From: Candidatus Oxydemutator sp.
GTDB taxonomy: Bacteria > Pseudomonadota > Gammaproteobacteria > Poriferisulfidales > Oxydemutatoraceae
DNA: 64,000 bases
NCBI GenBank assembly: GCA_965203445.1
Contig: OZ241883.1
Span: 1,152,001 to 1,216,000 of the forward strand
Direction of reading: 5' to 3'
Shown here: piece after piece, positions 1-10,114 of the stretch
How positions within the stretch are numbered: the stretch's first letter is position 1
Layout of the letters: each line of letters begins with the position of its first letter
Translations under genes and position numbers: made by a program
The notes under the pieces: model-generated
Databases searched by the model: none
Told to the model about the DNA's origin: nothing
The model's input: the letters and a program-made list of their open reading frames with translations, nothing else

Positions 1-49
1 CGCGTATAAAGGCGCCCATTCACCTTGTTTATCCATCCGGAGGAATTCA

Positions 50-1243
50 ATGTCTATTTTGCAATCCCGAATCGCGGGCATCCTGTTTCTGTCGCTTGCT
101 TTTGTCGGTGCATCGCCGACGGCGTCCGCCGCCAAGTTCAAAGTCGGGGACGGTGCGACGATAGACGTCTGGGGTCTGCTGCAATTCGGTTTCGAGCAGT
201 ACGACAGAAAAGGCGGCGACTCGGATCGGGACGGCCTGGAGTTCGACACCGACCGCGTTCGCTTCGGCACCAAGATGAAGTGGGGCGACTGGGACGGTGG
301 TTTTCAGTTCGACGCCAATAACACCGATGGCGGCGGCAGGCCGACCACGCTCGATACTTTCATCCGCGACGCGTTTGTCCGCTACAAGTTCGGCGACGCC
401 GCAAAGCTCAAATTAGGCCAGTTCAAGACGCCGGTCGGCATGGGTTACACGTTGAGCGGCACGCGCCTGCCGCTGATCAAGCGCACGTTCACGGCGCGCT
501 TGGCGCTCGACCGTTCCATCGGCGCGATGCTGAGCGGACGCAACGTCGGCGGCGGCAAGGAAACCGGCGGTTTTGGTTACGACGTCGGCATCTTCAACAC
601 CGCCGATCGTTCCAAGGCCGTTGGAATTATTGATGATAGTCAAAAGGGTGATGATCATAGTTTCGCCGCCCGCCTGATGTACGACTACGGCAAGGTGCTG
701 CACGTGCAGGCGTATTACGGCGAGATCGAGAACGCCGGAGGGCCGGACGATGGTTTTCACGCTTGTGCCGCCGATGCAGATGACAATACCGCCGGCTATC
801 AGCCGTCTCGATATGGTTGTACGGAAGCAGGTCAAGAATTGGATAGCGAAGACTACGAAGTCATGGGCGCGGGTATGATCTACAAAAACGGCCCGATGCA
901 TTTCCGTGCCGAGTATATTGACGGTGAAGACGTGCGGGGCAGGGACGGATACGACGAACGGGCGTGGTATCTGATGGCCGGCTACAAGTTCACCGACGTC
1001 GTCGAGGGCATGGTGCGTTATCAGGACATGGAATGCGACAACTGCGGCGGCGCCGCCAACGTGGATGAAGACATCAACCGCCTCGAGGTCGGCCTGAACT
1101 TTTATCTCGGCCCCAACGACAGGAACGGGCGCGTGCAGCTGAACTACGTCACAGTCGGCGGCGACGAGGAGGATTATTCCGGTCGCGCCAGCGGCGACGA
1201 CAAGTACGACGCGATATTAGGTCAAGTCCAACTGTATTTCTAA
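50..1243 (+). CDS. Outer-membrane porin, OprO/OprP-like
   Basis: Signal peptide, RDAFV...LKLGQFKTP motif typical of OprO/P porins, amphipathic strands, C-terminal Phe (VQLYF). Confidence 0.8.
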   Translation: MSILQSRIAGILFLSLAFVGASPTASAAKFKVGDGATIDVWGLLQFGFEQYDRKGGDSDRDGLEFDTDRVRFGTKMKWGDWDGGFQFDANNTDGGGRPTTLDTFIRDAFVRYKFGDAAKLKLGQFKTPVGMGYTLSGTRLPLIKRTFTARLALDRSIGAMLSGRNVGGGKETGGFGYDVGIFNTADRSKAVGIIDDSQKGDDHSFAARLMYDYGKVLHVQAYYGEIENAGGPDDGFHACAADADDNTAGYQPSRYGCTEAGQELDSEDYEVMGAGMIYKNGPMHFRAEYIDGEDVRGRDGYDERAWYLMAGYKFTDVVEGMVRYQDMECDNCGGAANVDEDINRLEVGLNFYLGPNDRNGRVQLNYVTVGGDEEDYSGRASGDDKYDAILGQVQLYF

Positions 1244-1352
1244 AGTCTCCTTACGCGGTCGCTTCGCCGGCACCCGGCGAAGCGGTGTTTCGATGCGTGG
1301 CAATGGGGTTGCGTTTGCGTGTCGTGCAACCTCGTTAGATGGCCTCATCTGC

Positions 1353-1385
1353 ATGCCCGGCGGCACGTCCGCCGGGCATTTTTTT
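1353..1385 (+). terminator. Rho-independent terminator after the porin
   Basis: Perfect 11-bp stem ATGCCCGGCGG/CCGCCGGGCAT followed by a T run. Confidence 0.85.
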
Positions 1386-1430
1386 GCGCACCCGCCGGAA
1401 TACCGCTTCGCCGTATAATCGCGTCAGCCC

Positions 1431-2717
1431 ATGTCCCTCCGCTGTTCCTTTTTTTGGCTGTCGCTGCTGACGTTGGCCGCCGCCTCGGGCGCGAGCGCCG
1501 CCGGCGGGCGCGTCGCGGTGGTGTCGTTGTTGGGCGACGTTTTTCCCGCGACCTACATCGGCGCCACCGCGATGTCGAAGCGAACCTACCGCACGCGCGT
1601 GGCGCCGTGGCGGCTCGACGATTACGCGCGCGCCGTCGCCGCCGCCGCCATCAAGCGCGAAGACGAGTTCGACTACGTGGATTTTCGCCCCAATCGCAAG
1701 GCTTTCATGCGTCTCTACAGCGACGAGTTCCGCCTGCTCGACGACGGCCACTACGATGTCGACAACGTCGCCGGTCTGGTGCGCGCGCTGCGCGCGAAGT
1801 ACGGGGTGGATACACTGGTGCTTATCATCGCCGACCGCGTAAGCGACCCGATCGAGGAGACCTCGCTTACGTTCGGCGGCTACGGCCTGTATCGCAACGA
1901 CTTCATCGGCGACCGTAGCTATCTCTACGGTTTTTTCAAGGTGCTCGTGATAGACACCGACACGCTCGCCGAGCGGGCGCGGGGGACGGCCGCGGCCTAC
2001 ACCAGGATAGCCAAACGCTACTGGGGAGCGGGGTTGAATAAACTGTCGCGCGCCGCGCGCCGCACGGTGCGCGATACGACCGAAAGCCTGCTGGCAAAGC
2101 ACGTGCCGCTGGCGCTGGCCGACGCCGGGTTGATCGTGCGCACAAGCGTTGCCGCGCCTATGGATGAAGATGGGCTACCCTCGGGAGGGGAGATCGAGGA
2201 GCTCGAGTTCGAGGCCTCGCGCGTCGCTCCGGGCGAGGCGGGCGCCGACGTCGAGGCCGATTCCGACGCGAACGCCGGCACCGCTCGCCGCCGCGTCGCC
2301 GGTGGCTATGGGGCCGCGGCGCGGCGGCTTTTCATCGCGTCTGACGCGCGCCGGGCGTTCTACGAGTACACGCTGGAACACGTCAAGAATCGTCTGCTGC
2401 ACCGAGGAGAGAGCGCCGCGCCGTACCGGGACGTATGCCGCGCCTGGGTCGCCGAGCACTTTCGGTGGCCCGCCGTCGGAAAGCGGGTGATCGCGATGTA
2501 TCGGCGCACGGGTTTCAGCGCGCGCGATCTTGCCGAGATCGCCGATTTCGGCGCTTCCGCCGCCGGCGCGAAATTGCTGAAAAACGTACGATTTTCCGAC
2601 GAGCAGCGCAAGATATGGCGCGCAGTGGCGACCGCGCCACGTCTGAAAAGGCTGGCTGCGGCGGTGGCTGCACGCCGCGACTTGATCAGGCGCCAGGCCG
2701 GAAACCCGCAACCCTGA
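1431..2717 (+). CDS. Exported hypothetical protein with a DUF2059-like C-terminal motif
   Basis: Signal peptide, TATAAT just upstream, C-terminal YRRTGFSARDLAEIADFGASAAGAKLL resembles DUF2059. Confidence 0.55.
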   Translation: MSLRCSFFWLSLLTLAAASGASAAGGRVAVVSLLGDVFPATYIGATAMSKRTYRTRVAPWRLDDYARAVAAAAIKREDEFDYVDFRPNRKAFMRLYSDEFRLLDDGHYDVDNVAGLVRALRAKYGVDTLVLIIADRVSDPIEETSLTFGGYGLYRNDFIGDRSYLYGFFKVLVIDTDTLAERARGTAAAYTRIAKRYWGAGLNKLSRAARRTVRDTTESLLAKHVPLALADAGLIVRTSVAAPMDEDGLPSGGEIEELEFEASRVAPGEAGADVEADSDANAGTARRRVAGGYGAAARRLFIASDARRAFYEYTLEHVKNRLLHRGESAAPYRDVCRAWVAEHFRWPAVGKRVIAMYRRTGFSARDLAEIADFGASAAGAKLLKNVRFSDEQRKIWRAVATAPRLKRLAAAVAARRDLIRRQAGNPQP

Positions 2718-2853
2718 AGGTTCCAATTCGCCGACGAGGACGCTGCCGTAAGTTATTGAACGGGAAAGCGCCGGATGCCTGGTATCATGATCTTCCATAT
2801 GATGGTCGGGTTCAATTTCGGCCCGATGACGACGCAGGAGCACAAAACTGAAA

Positions 2854-3159
2854 ATGAAGGACTTTCGCGACGTATTAAGAAGTATGCGGGAAGTGGCGCT
2901 TCAGTACGGCGACGACGCCGAGTTCAAGGCACGCGTGGACGACGATCCGGTCGCGGTGCTGCGAGAGCAGGGAATTGACGTCGCGCCGCCGGAAAAGGGC
3001 GCCGTACGTTTATACGTGAACGACGACAAGACGATGCACATTGTGTTTCCGCCCGCGCCCGGGCAACTCGGCGACGCCAAGTTGGAACGGGTGTCCGGCG
3101 GCACCCACGTCCAATTCGACACTTTCTGGCGCTCGCCCCAGTACTACGGCTATCCCTGA
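2854..3159 (+). CDS. NHLP-leader (proteusin-type) RiPP precursor peptide
   Basis: Leader DAEFKARVDDDPVAVLREQGI...HIVFPPAP...LERVSGG followed by the 18-aa core THVQFDTFWRSPQYYGYP. Confidence 0.8.
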   Translation: MKDFRDVLRSMREVALQYGDDAEFKARVDDDPVAVLREQGIDVAPPEKGAVRLYVNDDKTMHIVFPPAPGQLGDAKLERVSGGTHVQFDTFWRSPQYYGYP

Positions 3160-4577
3160 ACTTCCCGCGTGTGCGGGTCGTGACCGCTGCGGCAGCGCGC
3201 GGCGGCGGCCAACATTTCCCCGACGCGCGTGAACTTCTCGCGCGGCTTTTGCTTCGGCGCGCCGCGCGCTATCTCGGCGGCGTCTATCGCCTTCCAGCGG
3301 GCGTAGTCCACGTGTTCGACGCCGCGTTCGTCCAGTATCTCGAGCAGTCTCGCGGCGCCGGGTTTTGCGCGCGCGCGCAACGAGGCGGCGTCTTCCAGCA
3401 GCGCCGCGACGGTCTCGACCGCGCACGCGCGGTTGGTGCCGATGATTCCGGACGGCCCCCTCTTGATCCAACCCGCGGTATAGACGCCGGGGACTACCCC
3501 GCCGCCCCTGGACTCGGTAACCCTGCCGGCGCGGTTCGGGAAGGTGCCGCTTGCGTCGTCGAAGGGCACGCCGGCAATCGGCACGCCGCGGTAACCGATG
3601 CTGCGAAACAGCAGGCCGCACGCAAGCGCGCTCGTGGCGCCGGTCGCACGCGCCGATTGGCGAAAAGGTTCGCCTTCGAGGCGGTTGTGTTCGAGCACGA
3701 CGCGCTCAAGCCGCGCGCCGCCTTCGAGGCGCAGCGGGCTTTTCAGGAACGTGAAGCGGCAGACGCGCGGCTTGGCCGCATCCGCGTCGGCGTCCGCGAA
3801 TTGTTGCAGGATGGCGTAGTTTTTTTTGCCCATCGCGCCGGCTTTGTCCTCGATCTCGCGCCGGCTTTGCGGGTTTAGCGCAAGCTCCCGGGCGTCGACG
3901 CGCGCGCTGCAATTTTCGATCGTCAGAAACTCGCGCAATTCCTTCGACGTGAACTTGACCTGCGCCGGGCCGCGCCGCCCGACGACGTGGATCTCGCGGA
4001 TGCGGCTTTCGGCCAGCGCCGCAAGCGCGTGCTCGGCGATGTCGGTGTTTTTCAATTCGTCCACCGATTTGGCGAGGATGCGCGCCGCGTCGGCGGCGAC
4101 GTTGCCCTGGCCGATGATGACCGCGGTCTCGCGGGAGAAGTCGAAGACGCGGTCGCGGTAATCGGGATGGCCGTTGTACCAGCCGACCAGCTCGGTCGCG
4201 GTGTGGCTGCCCGGCAGGTGCTCGCCGGGGATACCGAGCTTGCGGTCGGTCTCCGCGCCGCAGGTATAGATCACGGCGTGGTGCGTTTGCCGCAGTTCCT
4301 CGGCGTCCAGGTCGCGGCCTACGGTGACGTTGCCGATGAAGCGGAACTCGGGGTTGTGCGCGATCTTGTCATAGACCCCGATAGCCTGTTTCAGCTTGGG
4401 ATGATCGGGTGCTACGCCGTTGCGCACCAGCCCGTACGGCGCCGGCAGGCGCTCGATCACGTCGACCCGCACCGGGCAGTCGGATTTGATCAGCGCCTCG
4501 GCGGCGTAAAAGCCGCTCGGCCCGGAACCGACGATGGCTACCTGGAGCGGATTTCTTTCGGTTGCGGTGCGTGCCAC
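3150..4577 (-). CDS. Ferredoxin-NADP+ reductase, FprA/adrenodoxin reductase type
   Basis: GSGPSG FAD motif, GVAPDH, GQGNVA, GWIKRGPSGIIGTN. Confidence 0.9.
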   Translation of the reverse strand: MARTATERNPLQVAIVGSGPSGFYAAEALIKSDCPVRVDVIERLPAPYGLVRNGVAPDHPKLKQAIGVYDKIAHNPEFRFIGNVTVGRDLDAEELRQTHHAVIYTCGAETDRKLGIPGEHLPGSHTATELVGWYNGHPDYRDRVFDFSRETAVIIGQGNVAADAARILAKSVDELKNTDIAEHALAALAESRIREIHVVGRRGPAQVKFTSKELREFLTIENCSARVDARELALNPQSRREIEDKAGAMGKKNYAILQQFADADADAAKPRVCRFTFLKSPLRLEGGARLERVVLEHNRLEGEPFRQSARATGATSALACGLLFRSIGYRGVPIAGVPFDDASGTFPNRAGRVTESRGGGVVPGVYTAGWIKRGPSGIIGTNRACAVETVAALLEDAASLRARAKPGAARLLEILDERGVEHVDYARWKAIDAAEIARGAPKQKPREKFTRVGEMLAAAARCRSGHDPHTREVQG

Positions 4578-4584
4578 CGAGGCG

Positions 4585-4890
4585 TCAAAAGCCGAGTTCC
4601 GCCTTGCGGTCGTCGGCGCCCGGCAGCGGATCCATTTTGTCCTCTATCACCGGCAGGCCGGGGGCGCGTTCGGCGTTGATCGCGATCCACTCGTGCTTGT
4701 CCTCTGGCAGGTCGTCCTCCTCGTATATCGCCTCGACCGGGCATTCCGGGATGCACGCGCTGCAATCTATGCACACGTCGGGGTCTATGTAGAGCATTTC
4801 GTCGTCGTAGTGAAAGCAGGCGACCGGGCACACCGAAACGCAGTCGGTGAAGCGGCAACCCTTGCAGTTGTCGGTAACGATGGTGGTCAT
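4585..4890 (-). CDS. fdxA: 7Fe-type ferredoxin (FdxA-like)
   Basis: MTTIVTDNCKGCRFTDCVSVCP...CIDCSACIPECP; start taken at the internal Met. Confidence 0.85.
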   Translation of the reverse strand: MTTIVTDNCKGCRFTDCVSVCPVACFHYDDEMLYIDPDVCIDCSACIPECPVEAIYEEDDLPEDKHEWIAINAERAPGLPVIEDKMDPLPGADDRKAELGF

Positions 4891-4924
4891 GGGGTTTCTC
4901 CGGTTATTTGCCAGGTGGATTCTA

Positions 4925-5740
4925 TCAGTCCGACGGATGAAACAACAGAATTTCACCCTTGTTCAATTCGAGTCCGTCGCCACTGAAGCGCCGGTAGAGA
5001 CCGCTTGCATGGCGGTCTTCGACGGCGAGGCCGAGGTGCCGCAGGCGCGCCAGGTAGAGCGCGATGAACGGCGGTCGGTAGGTGCAGGCGTAGCCGTAGG
5101 TCGGCAGCATTTCCGCCGGCCTCATGCTCACGATGGTGGCGCGTTTCATGCCGGCGCCGGCGCGTATGCCGAGGTTGCCGAACACGAAGATCGTGCCCGC
5201 GATTGCGTTGACGCCGGTGAAGTCGCCGGCGTCGCCGCCGATGGCGATCAGGCCGCGGCGCATGGCCGCCCCGACCTCGTTGCGGACGCTGCCGTGGACG
5301 ATAATCTCGCCGCCGCAAATGCCGGAAGTCTGGCCGCGGTAGGCGCTGCCGACCATGTGCCCGGCGTCGCCCTTGACGATGATGCGCCCGCCCCTCATCT
5401 CCGGCCCGACCCAGTCGTGGGCGTCGCCGTCGACGACAATCTCGCCGCCGCTCATGCCCCAGCCGAGGTGCATACCGGCGTTGCCCGCGACGCGGATACT
5501 GCCGTGCGACATCTGTGCGCCGATCATCTTGACCAGCGACAGGTCGCCGCCGAGCGCGATCTCGTCGCCGCCTTGGCCTTGGACCTTGAAGAAGTCGCCG
5601 ATGCGCACCTTGCGGTTGCCGTGCATCGCGTCGAGATTCTCGACCGCGGCCGCGCTCAGGCCGGCCAGGCGGTGCGGGGTCAGACATTCCGCCTCGAGCG
5701 GCACCTCGGGGCGCGTGTGCAGCGTCAGTTCGATGGCCAT
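4925..5740 (-). CDS. fwdC: Formylmethanofuran dehydrogenase subunit C (FwdC/FhcC)
   Basis: GxxMxxGxIxVxG beta-helix repeats; start MAIELTL at 5740. Confidence 0.9.
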   Translation of the reverse strand: MAIELTLHTRPEVPLEAECLTPHRLAGLSAAAVENLDAMHGNRKVRIGDFFKVQGQGGDEIALGGDLSLVKMIGAQMSHGSIRVAGNAGMHLGWGMSGGEIVVDGDAHDWVGPEMRGGRIIVKGDAGHMVGSAYRGQTSGICGGEIIVHGSVRNEVGAAMRRGLIAIGGDAGDFTGVNAIAGTIFVFGNLGIRAGAGMKRATIVSMRPAEMLPTYGYACTYRPPFIALYLARLRHLGLAVEDRHASGLYRRFSGDGLELNKGEILLFHPSD

Positions 5741-5754
5741 GGTGCGCTCCGCGC

Positions 5755-6645
5755 TCAGGCGCCTTTCAGGATCTCCTCGAGGTGGAGATGGTGGCGCCCG
5801 AGGGTGCCGCCGTAGTTGCCGGCGCTGATCATGTCGACGCCGGCGTCGGCCGCGGCCAGCATGCCGCGGCGCATGGCCTCGCGCACCGCGGCCTCGCTCA
5901 AGCCGTTGATGACGATCTCGTAGACCGCGTTGATGCCTTCCGGCAGTTGCGTCGCCGGTGCGACGTCGCGCAGCGTCGGGCAGTAGGCGTCGTTGGTCGA
6001 GGCCGGCAGGGTTTTGTATTTCGAGCCGACCTTGCTGCCCGAGCGGGTGCCGCCTGGAAACGGCATGAACGTGCCCTCGACTTCGGCGATCGCGGCGCAC
6101 GCCGCCTGCGTTGCTTCCAGCGTCGGCGCCGCCGACGCGCCCAGCAGCAGCAGGTTGCCGCCGCCGACGGTGCGTTGCACGCCGAACAGCTCGTCTATCA
6201 GGAATTCGCCGTCGAACACCGGAATGCGCCACATGCGCCGTCCGTCCAGAACTTTCGATCCCTGGTAGCCGTCGCCGAAATAGCGCAGCGCGCCGCCCAC
6301 GGAGACGCTTTGCGCCGACTCGAGACCGTTGAAGCAGGCCGTCGTCGGGCAGGTCATCACGCATTGGCCGATGCGTTCCACCAAGCGTTTCTTGAGGTCC
6401 CGTTCGCGCATCGTGAACAGCAGCACGCCGACGCCGGGGCGTCCGTCGGGGGTCGCGTCTGCGGCGACGTCGCTCTCGATGGCGGCCTCGCATCCGCAGG
6501 CGATGACCGACGTCGCAAACCCGGTCATCGTGCGCGCCGCGGTGCGCGCCCACTCGCGGTCGCTCGCGGTTATCACGACGCGGCTGCCCCAGGTCTCGAA
6601 GGCCTCGGCGTAGGTGGCGACGATCTCGGTGTTCTTGATTTTCAC
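5755..6645 (-). CDS. ftr: Formylmethanofuran--H4MPT N-formyltransferase (Ftr/FhcD)
   Basis: TYAEAF, TGFATSVIACGCEA, TPDGRPG, SGSKVGSKY, SAGNYGG. Confidence 0.95.
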   Translation of the reverse strand: MKIKNTEIVATYAEAFETWGSRVVITASDREWARTAARTMTGFATSVIACGCEAAIESDVAADATPDGRPGVGVLLFTMRERDLKKRLVERIGQCVMTCPTTACFNGLESAQSVSVGGALRYFGDGYQGSKVLDGRRMWRIPVFDGEFLIDELFGVQRTVGGGNLLLLGASAAPTLEATQAACAAIAEVEGTFMPFPGGTRSGSKVGSKYKTLPASTNDAYCPTLRDVAPATQLPEGINAVYEIVINGLSEAAVREAMRRGMLAAADAGVDMISAGNYGGTLGRHHLHLEEILKGA

Positions 6646-8291
6646 CGCGCGTCCTTATCCGTTGCGGTCGGCACCACCTCGTGCAGATGCAGATAGTCGT
6701 CGCTGATCGCGTAGTTGTCGAAGCGGATGGTGTAATAGTCGTCGAAGAACGGGCGCAGCACGCCCTCGATGGCGTCGTCGTAGCCGGGCGCCACGTGCAG
6801 CAGGCGCCCGCGATGGTCGTGCTTGAACTCGTGATCCTCGATCACCAGCACGCCGTCCTTGATGACGTAGCGCGGCGAGTTGAACATCTTTTCGCGGTCG
6901 GCGTCCTCGGTGTATATCGTCACGTCGGCGTCGGCGCCGACGCCCAGGTGCCCCTTGTTGGCGAGGCCGAGGGCGCGCGCCGGGCCGGCGCGCGTGATGA
7001 TCGCGATCTCGCTCATCGTGTATTCGCGCTCCAAGCTCGCAAGGCTGGTCGTCGCCACCGCCTTCTCGTTGATGCGCTTGATCTCCTCGCGCCGAAACGC
7101 GCCGTCCATCAGCAGCCGGATCAGGCGCGGGTAATGCATGAACGAGCCGCCGTTGGGGTGGTCGGTGGACAACACCAGGCGCCACGGATCCTCCGACAGC
7201 AGGAACAATTCGAGGCCGATGGCCCATTGCAGCGCGTGCGTGAACACGTGCTCCTGGTAGGCGAACGGCATGATGCCGCAGCCGCTTTCGCATTCGGTAT
7301 CGGCGTTGACCCACTTGCTGGCCTTGTAACGGCGCAGCATCCACGCCAGCGGCGCGTCGGCGGTCATCGTGATGGCCTTGCCGAACATCACCTGGCCGAC
7401 GTCGGCGGTGACGTTCGGGTTGGCGTTGATGTAGTCTATGATCTGCTGCGCGCCCGAGCGCGGATTTTTGCCGGCCTCGCCGTCGTAACTGTGGAACTGA
7501 ATGTGCGCGATGTGCACGCGCCGTCCCTCGGCGGCCTTCATCGTTTGCAGCGTCGTGTGATAGTTGCCGCTGTGCCCCAGGTTGTTGCAGTGGATATGCG
7601 GCGGGTGCGGGAGACCGAGTTCGTTCACGGCCTCGACGAACGAGTGGATGATCTCCAGCGGCGTCAGCTCGAAGTGGTCCACCTTCTGGTCGAGGTCGGT
7701 GATGTTGCCGCGCCGCCCCTTCCACAACTCGTCGCTGCCGGGGTTGACCAGTTTCGTCGTGTAGCCCTTGGCCGCGTTCAGCCACCACGCAATCGCTTCC
7801 TTGAAGTCCTTCTTGCGGCCCTCCTTGAGCATTTTGTAGAGAAAGACGTTGTTGCCGAGCAGGATGTAAAAGCCCTTGTCTATGACCGGCGTGTCGCTGA
7901 ATTCCTCTATCGTGTGGCGCGCGAAGATCGGCGGCACCGCGGCCTCCATCGCGGTCGTGTAGCCCATGGTCGCGTAGCGGTAGCCGGTGGTGAAGGTCGA
8001 GGGCGTGATGCCGCCGGTGCCCGAGCGCGTGACCTCGGTGCCGGGGTGCACGTCCAGGCGGTGGTCCTCGGGTTGCAGCTTGCGCGCGAGATTGACCTTG
8101 GGGCCGGCGATGTGGCAATGGATGTCGACGCCGCCCGGCATCACGACCATGCCGTGCGCGTTGATGGTTCTGGCTGCGTCGGACACCGACTCGACGATTT
8201 TGCCGTCGCGGATGCAAATGGTCGCGACGTCGCCGTCCACGCCGTTGGCCGGGTCATAGACGCGCCCGTTGGTTATGCGCAATTCTGGCAC
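6642..8291 (-). CDS. fwdA: Formylmethanofuran dehydrogenase subunit A (amidohydrolase)
   Basis: DIHCH, KLVNPG, HIHCNNLG, HIQFHSY, STDHPNGG. Confidence 0.95.
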   Translation of the reverse strand: MPELRITNGRVYDPANGVDGDVATICIRDGKIVESVSDAARTINAHGMVVMPGGVDIHCHIAGPKVNLARKLQPEDHRLDVHPGTEVTRSGTGGITPSTFTTGYRYATMGYTTAMEAAVPPIFARHTIEEFSDTPVIDKGFYILLGNNVFLYKMLKEGRKKDFKEAIAWWLNAAKGYTTKLVNPGSDELWKGRRGNITDLDQKVDHFELTPLEIIHSFVEAVNELGLPHPPHIHCNNLGHSGNYHTTLQTMKAAEGRRVHIAHIQFHSYDGEAGKNPRSGAQQIIDYINANPNVTADVGQVMFGKAITMTADAPLAWMLRRYKASKWVNADTECESGCGIMPFAYQEHVFTHALQWAIGLELFLLSEDPWRLVLSTDHPNGGSFMHYPRLIRLLMDGAFRREEIKRINEKAVATTSLASLEREYTMSEIAIITRAGPARALGLANKGHLGVGADADVTIYTEDADREKMFNSPRYVIKDGVLVIEDHEFKHDHRGRLLHVAPGYDDAIEGVLRPFFDDYYTIRFDNYAISDDYLHLHEVVPTATDKDAR

Positions 8292-8391
8292 TGATACGTA
8301 GCGAGGACGCCGGATCGCGCCCTATCTTCAGGGGCCGATTCGGCGGCTGGCTCGATCTGCTGGTTTGGCGGACAACTATGATTTCCCGTCG

Positions 8392-9741
8392 CTACGCGGC
8401 CCGTGGTCGGTTGCGCAGCGCGAGCACTTTGTCGTGGATCGCGGACAGGATCTCCTCGTCGTCCGGGAACGGCGACGCAAACGCCGGGCGCAGCGAAATC
8501 GGCACGTCGTCCATCCGGTACACGGTGCCGCCGGTGTTGATACCGTAGGTGGCGACGGTGAAGGCGACCCTGGCCAGGCGGCTGGTCTCGGTCGGCTTGG
8601 TGTCGAGCGAGATTACCGGGATGCGCCGCAGGCACTCGATGGCCTTCTTCGGAAAATTGGACGCCGGGTCGGTGGCGATGACCATGGCCGCGTCGGCCTC
8701 GCCGCGCGCGAGCACGTCCACGGTCGTGAACTCGCCCGGGTTGAAACGCGGAAAACCGCGATTGAAGTTGACGCCGAACGGATAACCGGTCTGCCACGAC
8801 ACGACGTTGTCGGCGCCGGTCACGTTGCCGTGTCCGCGCACCGGCTTGGCGACGAACGGCGCGTATTTGTTGAGGTCCGCGGCCAGCGCCAGCACCGCGC
8901 CCGAATTGAAGTGGCGCCCGCGCGTCATCGTCAGCCCCATGCCGAAGAACAACACACCGTAGCGACAGCTTTTCATGCGCGCGACGAGATCGTCCAGGGT
9001 CTCGCGCGACACGCCGGTCACCTCCTCGACGTCGGCGGACACCCGGCGGCCCTCGACCAGCGCGCGCAGCGTCCACAGCAACTCGAAGTCGCGCCCCGGC
9101 TTGACCTGGATGAAGATGTCGGCGACCGGCGCGCTCGGCGTCTTGCGCACGTCCACCAGCACCACGGTGCGGTCCTTCTTGCCGTTGGGGACGTGCATGC
9201 CCTTGGGCGTTACCGCGTAGCGCGTGAAGTGGCGCGGGTGCGACTCGGCCGGGTTGCCGCCCCAATAGATGACCAGGTCGGCGCGGTTCTTGACTTCGCC
9301 CAGGGTCGAGGTGGTCTCGCCGACGCCCTGAAACGCGATGCCGGAGGGGCCGTGGCACACCGACGTCGTGGTATCCACGCTGCCGCGAATCGCGTCGCTG
9401 ATCGCGACCGCGACGCGCTGTGCCTCGCAGGTCGAGTCGCTGAGCCCGTAGGTGATCGGATAGCGGGCGTTTACCAGGATGCGCGCGGCCTCCTCGACCG
9501 CCTCCTCGACGCTCGCCTCGCGCCCGTCTATCAGCGCCGCCGGACGATCCTCTATCGTATGTTCGGCGAACCACGCGCGTCCGAGCACGCATGCGTTCTT
9601 GGCCTTGGTGATCCGGTTTTCCTTCAGGTCGACGGTCAGTTCCATGTCGTCGCAGACGCAGCCGCAGAAGGTGCAGGTCGCGTCCTTGACGATTTTGGTC
9701 GGGTTTTTTTCCCGTTCCGGTTTTGTTTTGTTCTCGCTCAT
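8392..9741 (-). CDS. fwdB: Formylmethanofuran dehydrogenase subunit B (Mo/W-pterin)
   Basis: CTFCGCVCDD Fe-S motif, SVCHGPS, HPRH, RGHGNV, YRMDDVP. Confidence 0.92.
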   Translation of the reverse strand: MSENKTKPEREKNPTKIVKDATCTFCGCVCDDMELTVDLKENRITKAKNACVLGRAWFAEHTIEDRPAALIDGREASVEEAVEEAARILVNARYPITYGLSDSTCEAQRVAVAISDAIRGSVDTTTSVCHGPSGIAFQGVGETTSTLGEVKNRADLVIYWGGNPAESHPRHFTRYAVTPKGMHVPNGKKDRTVVLVDVRKTPSAPVADIFIQVKPGRDFELLWTLRALVEGRRVSADVEEVTGVSRETLDDLVARMKSCRYGVLFFGMGLTMTRGRHFNSGAVLALAADLNKYAPFVAKPVRGHGNVTGADNVVSWQTGYPFGVNFNRGFPRFNPGEFTTVDVLARGEADAAMVIATDPASNFPKKAIECLRRIPVISLDTKPTETSRLARVAFTVATYGINTGGTVYRMDDVPISLRPAFASPFPDDEEILSAIHDKVLALRNRPRAA

Positions 9742-9745
9742 CGGA

Positions 9746-10114
9746 TTACTCGGCTTTGTCGTGCTCGTTGGTCTTGGGCACGGCCTCGACGCGGACTTCG
9801 ATCTGCTTGGACAAGGGCATGCCGCTGCCCGCCGTGTCGCTGCCCATCAACTCGCTCGACGACGGGCCGTAGGCCATGAAAATTATACCAGACGGCAAGT
9901 CGGCGGCCTTCTTCGGCACGCACGTTACGACGACCTCGCCCTCGTCGGAAGTCAGGCGCACCGCGTCGCCTTTTTCGAGTTTCAGGCTCTTCATGTCGTC
10001 TTCGTTCATCTCGACGGTCGAGGTGACGGCGAGGTATTCGTCCTTGAGTTTGCCGGCGTTCAGCGAGGTGCCCTGCTTGGTCGTTCTGCCGGGAATCAGC
10101 AGCATGGTTCTCAT
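9746..10114 (-). CDS. fwdD: Formylmethanofuran dehydrogenase subunit D (molybdopterin-binding)
   Basis: GRTTKQG, MNEDDMKSL, FMAYGP, DTAGSGMP. Confidence 0.85.
   Translation of the reverse strand: MRTMLLIPGRTTKQGTSLNAGKLKDEYLAVTSTVEMNEDDMKSLKLEKGDAVRLTSDEGEVVVTCVPKKAADLPSGIIFMAYGPSSSELMGSDTAGSGMPLSKQIEVRVEAVPKTNEHDKAE

Noticed and set aside
5741-6553. 542-aa ORF suggesting an N-terminally extended FwdC
   Set aside because: The extension overlaps ftr in another frame; the FwdC-like sequence starts at the Met at 5740.
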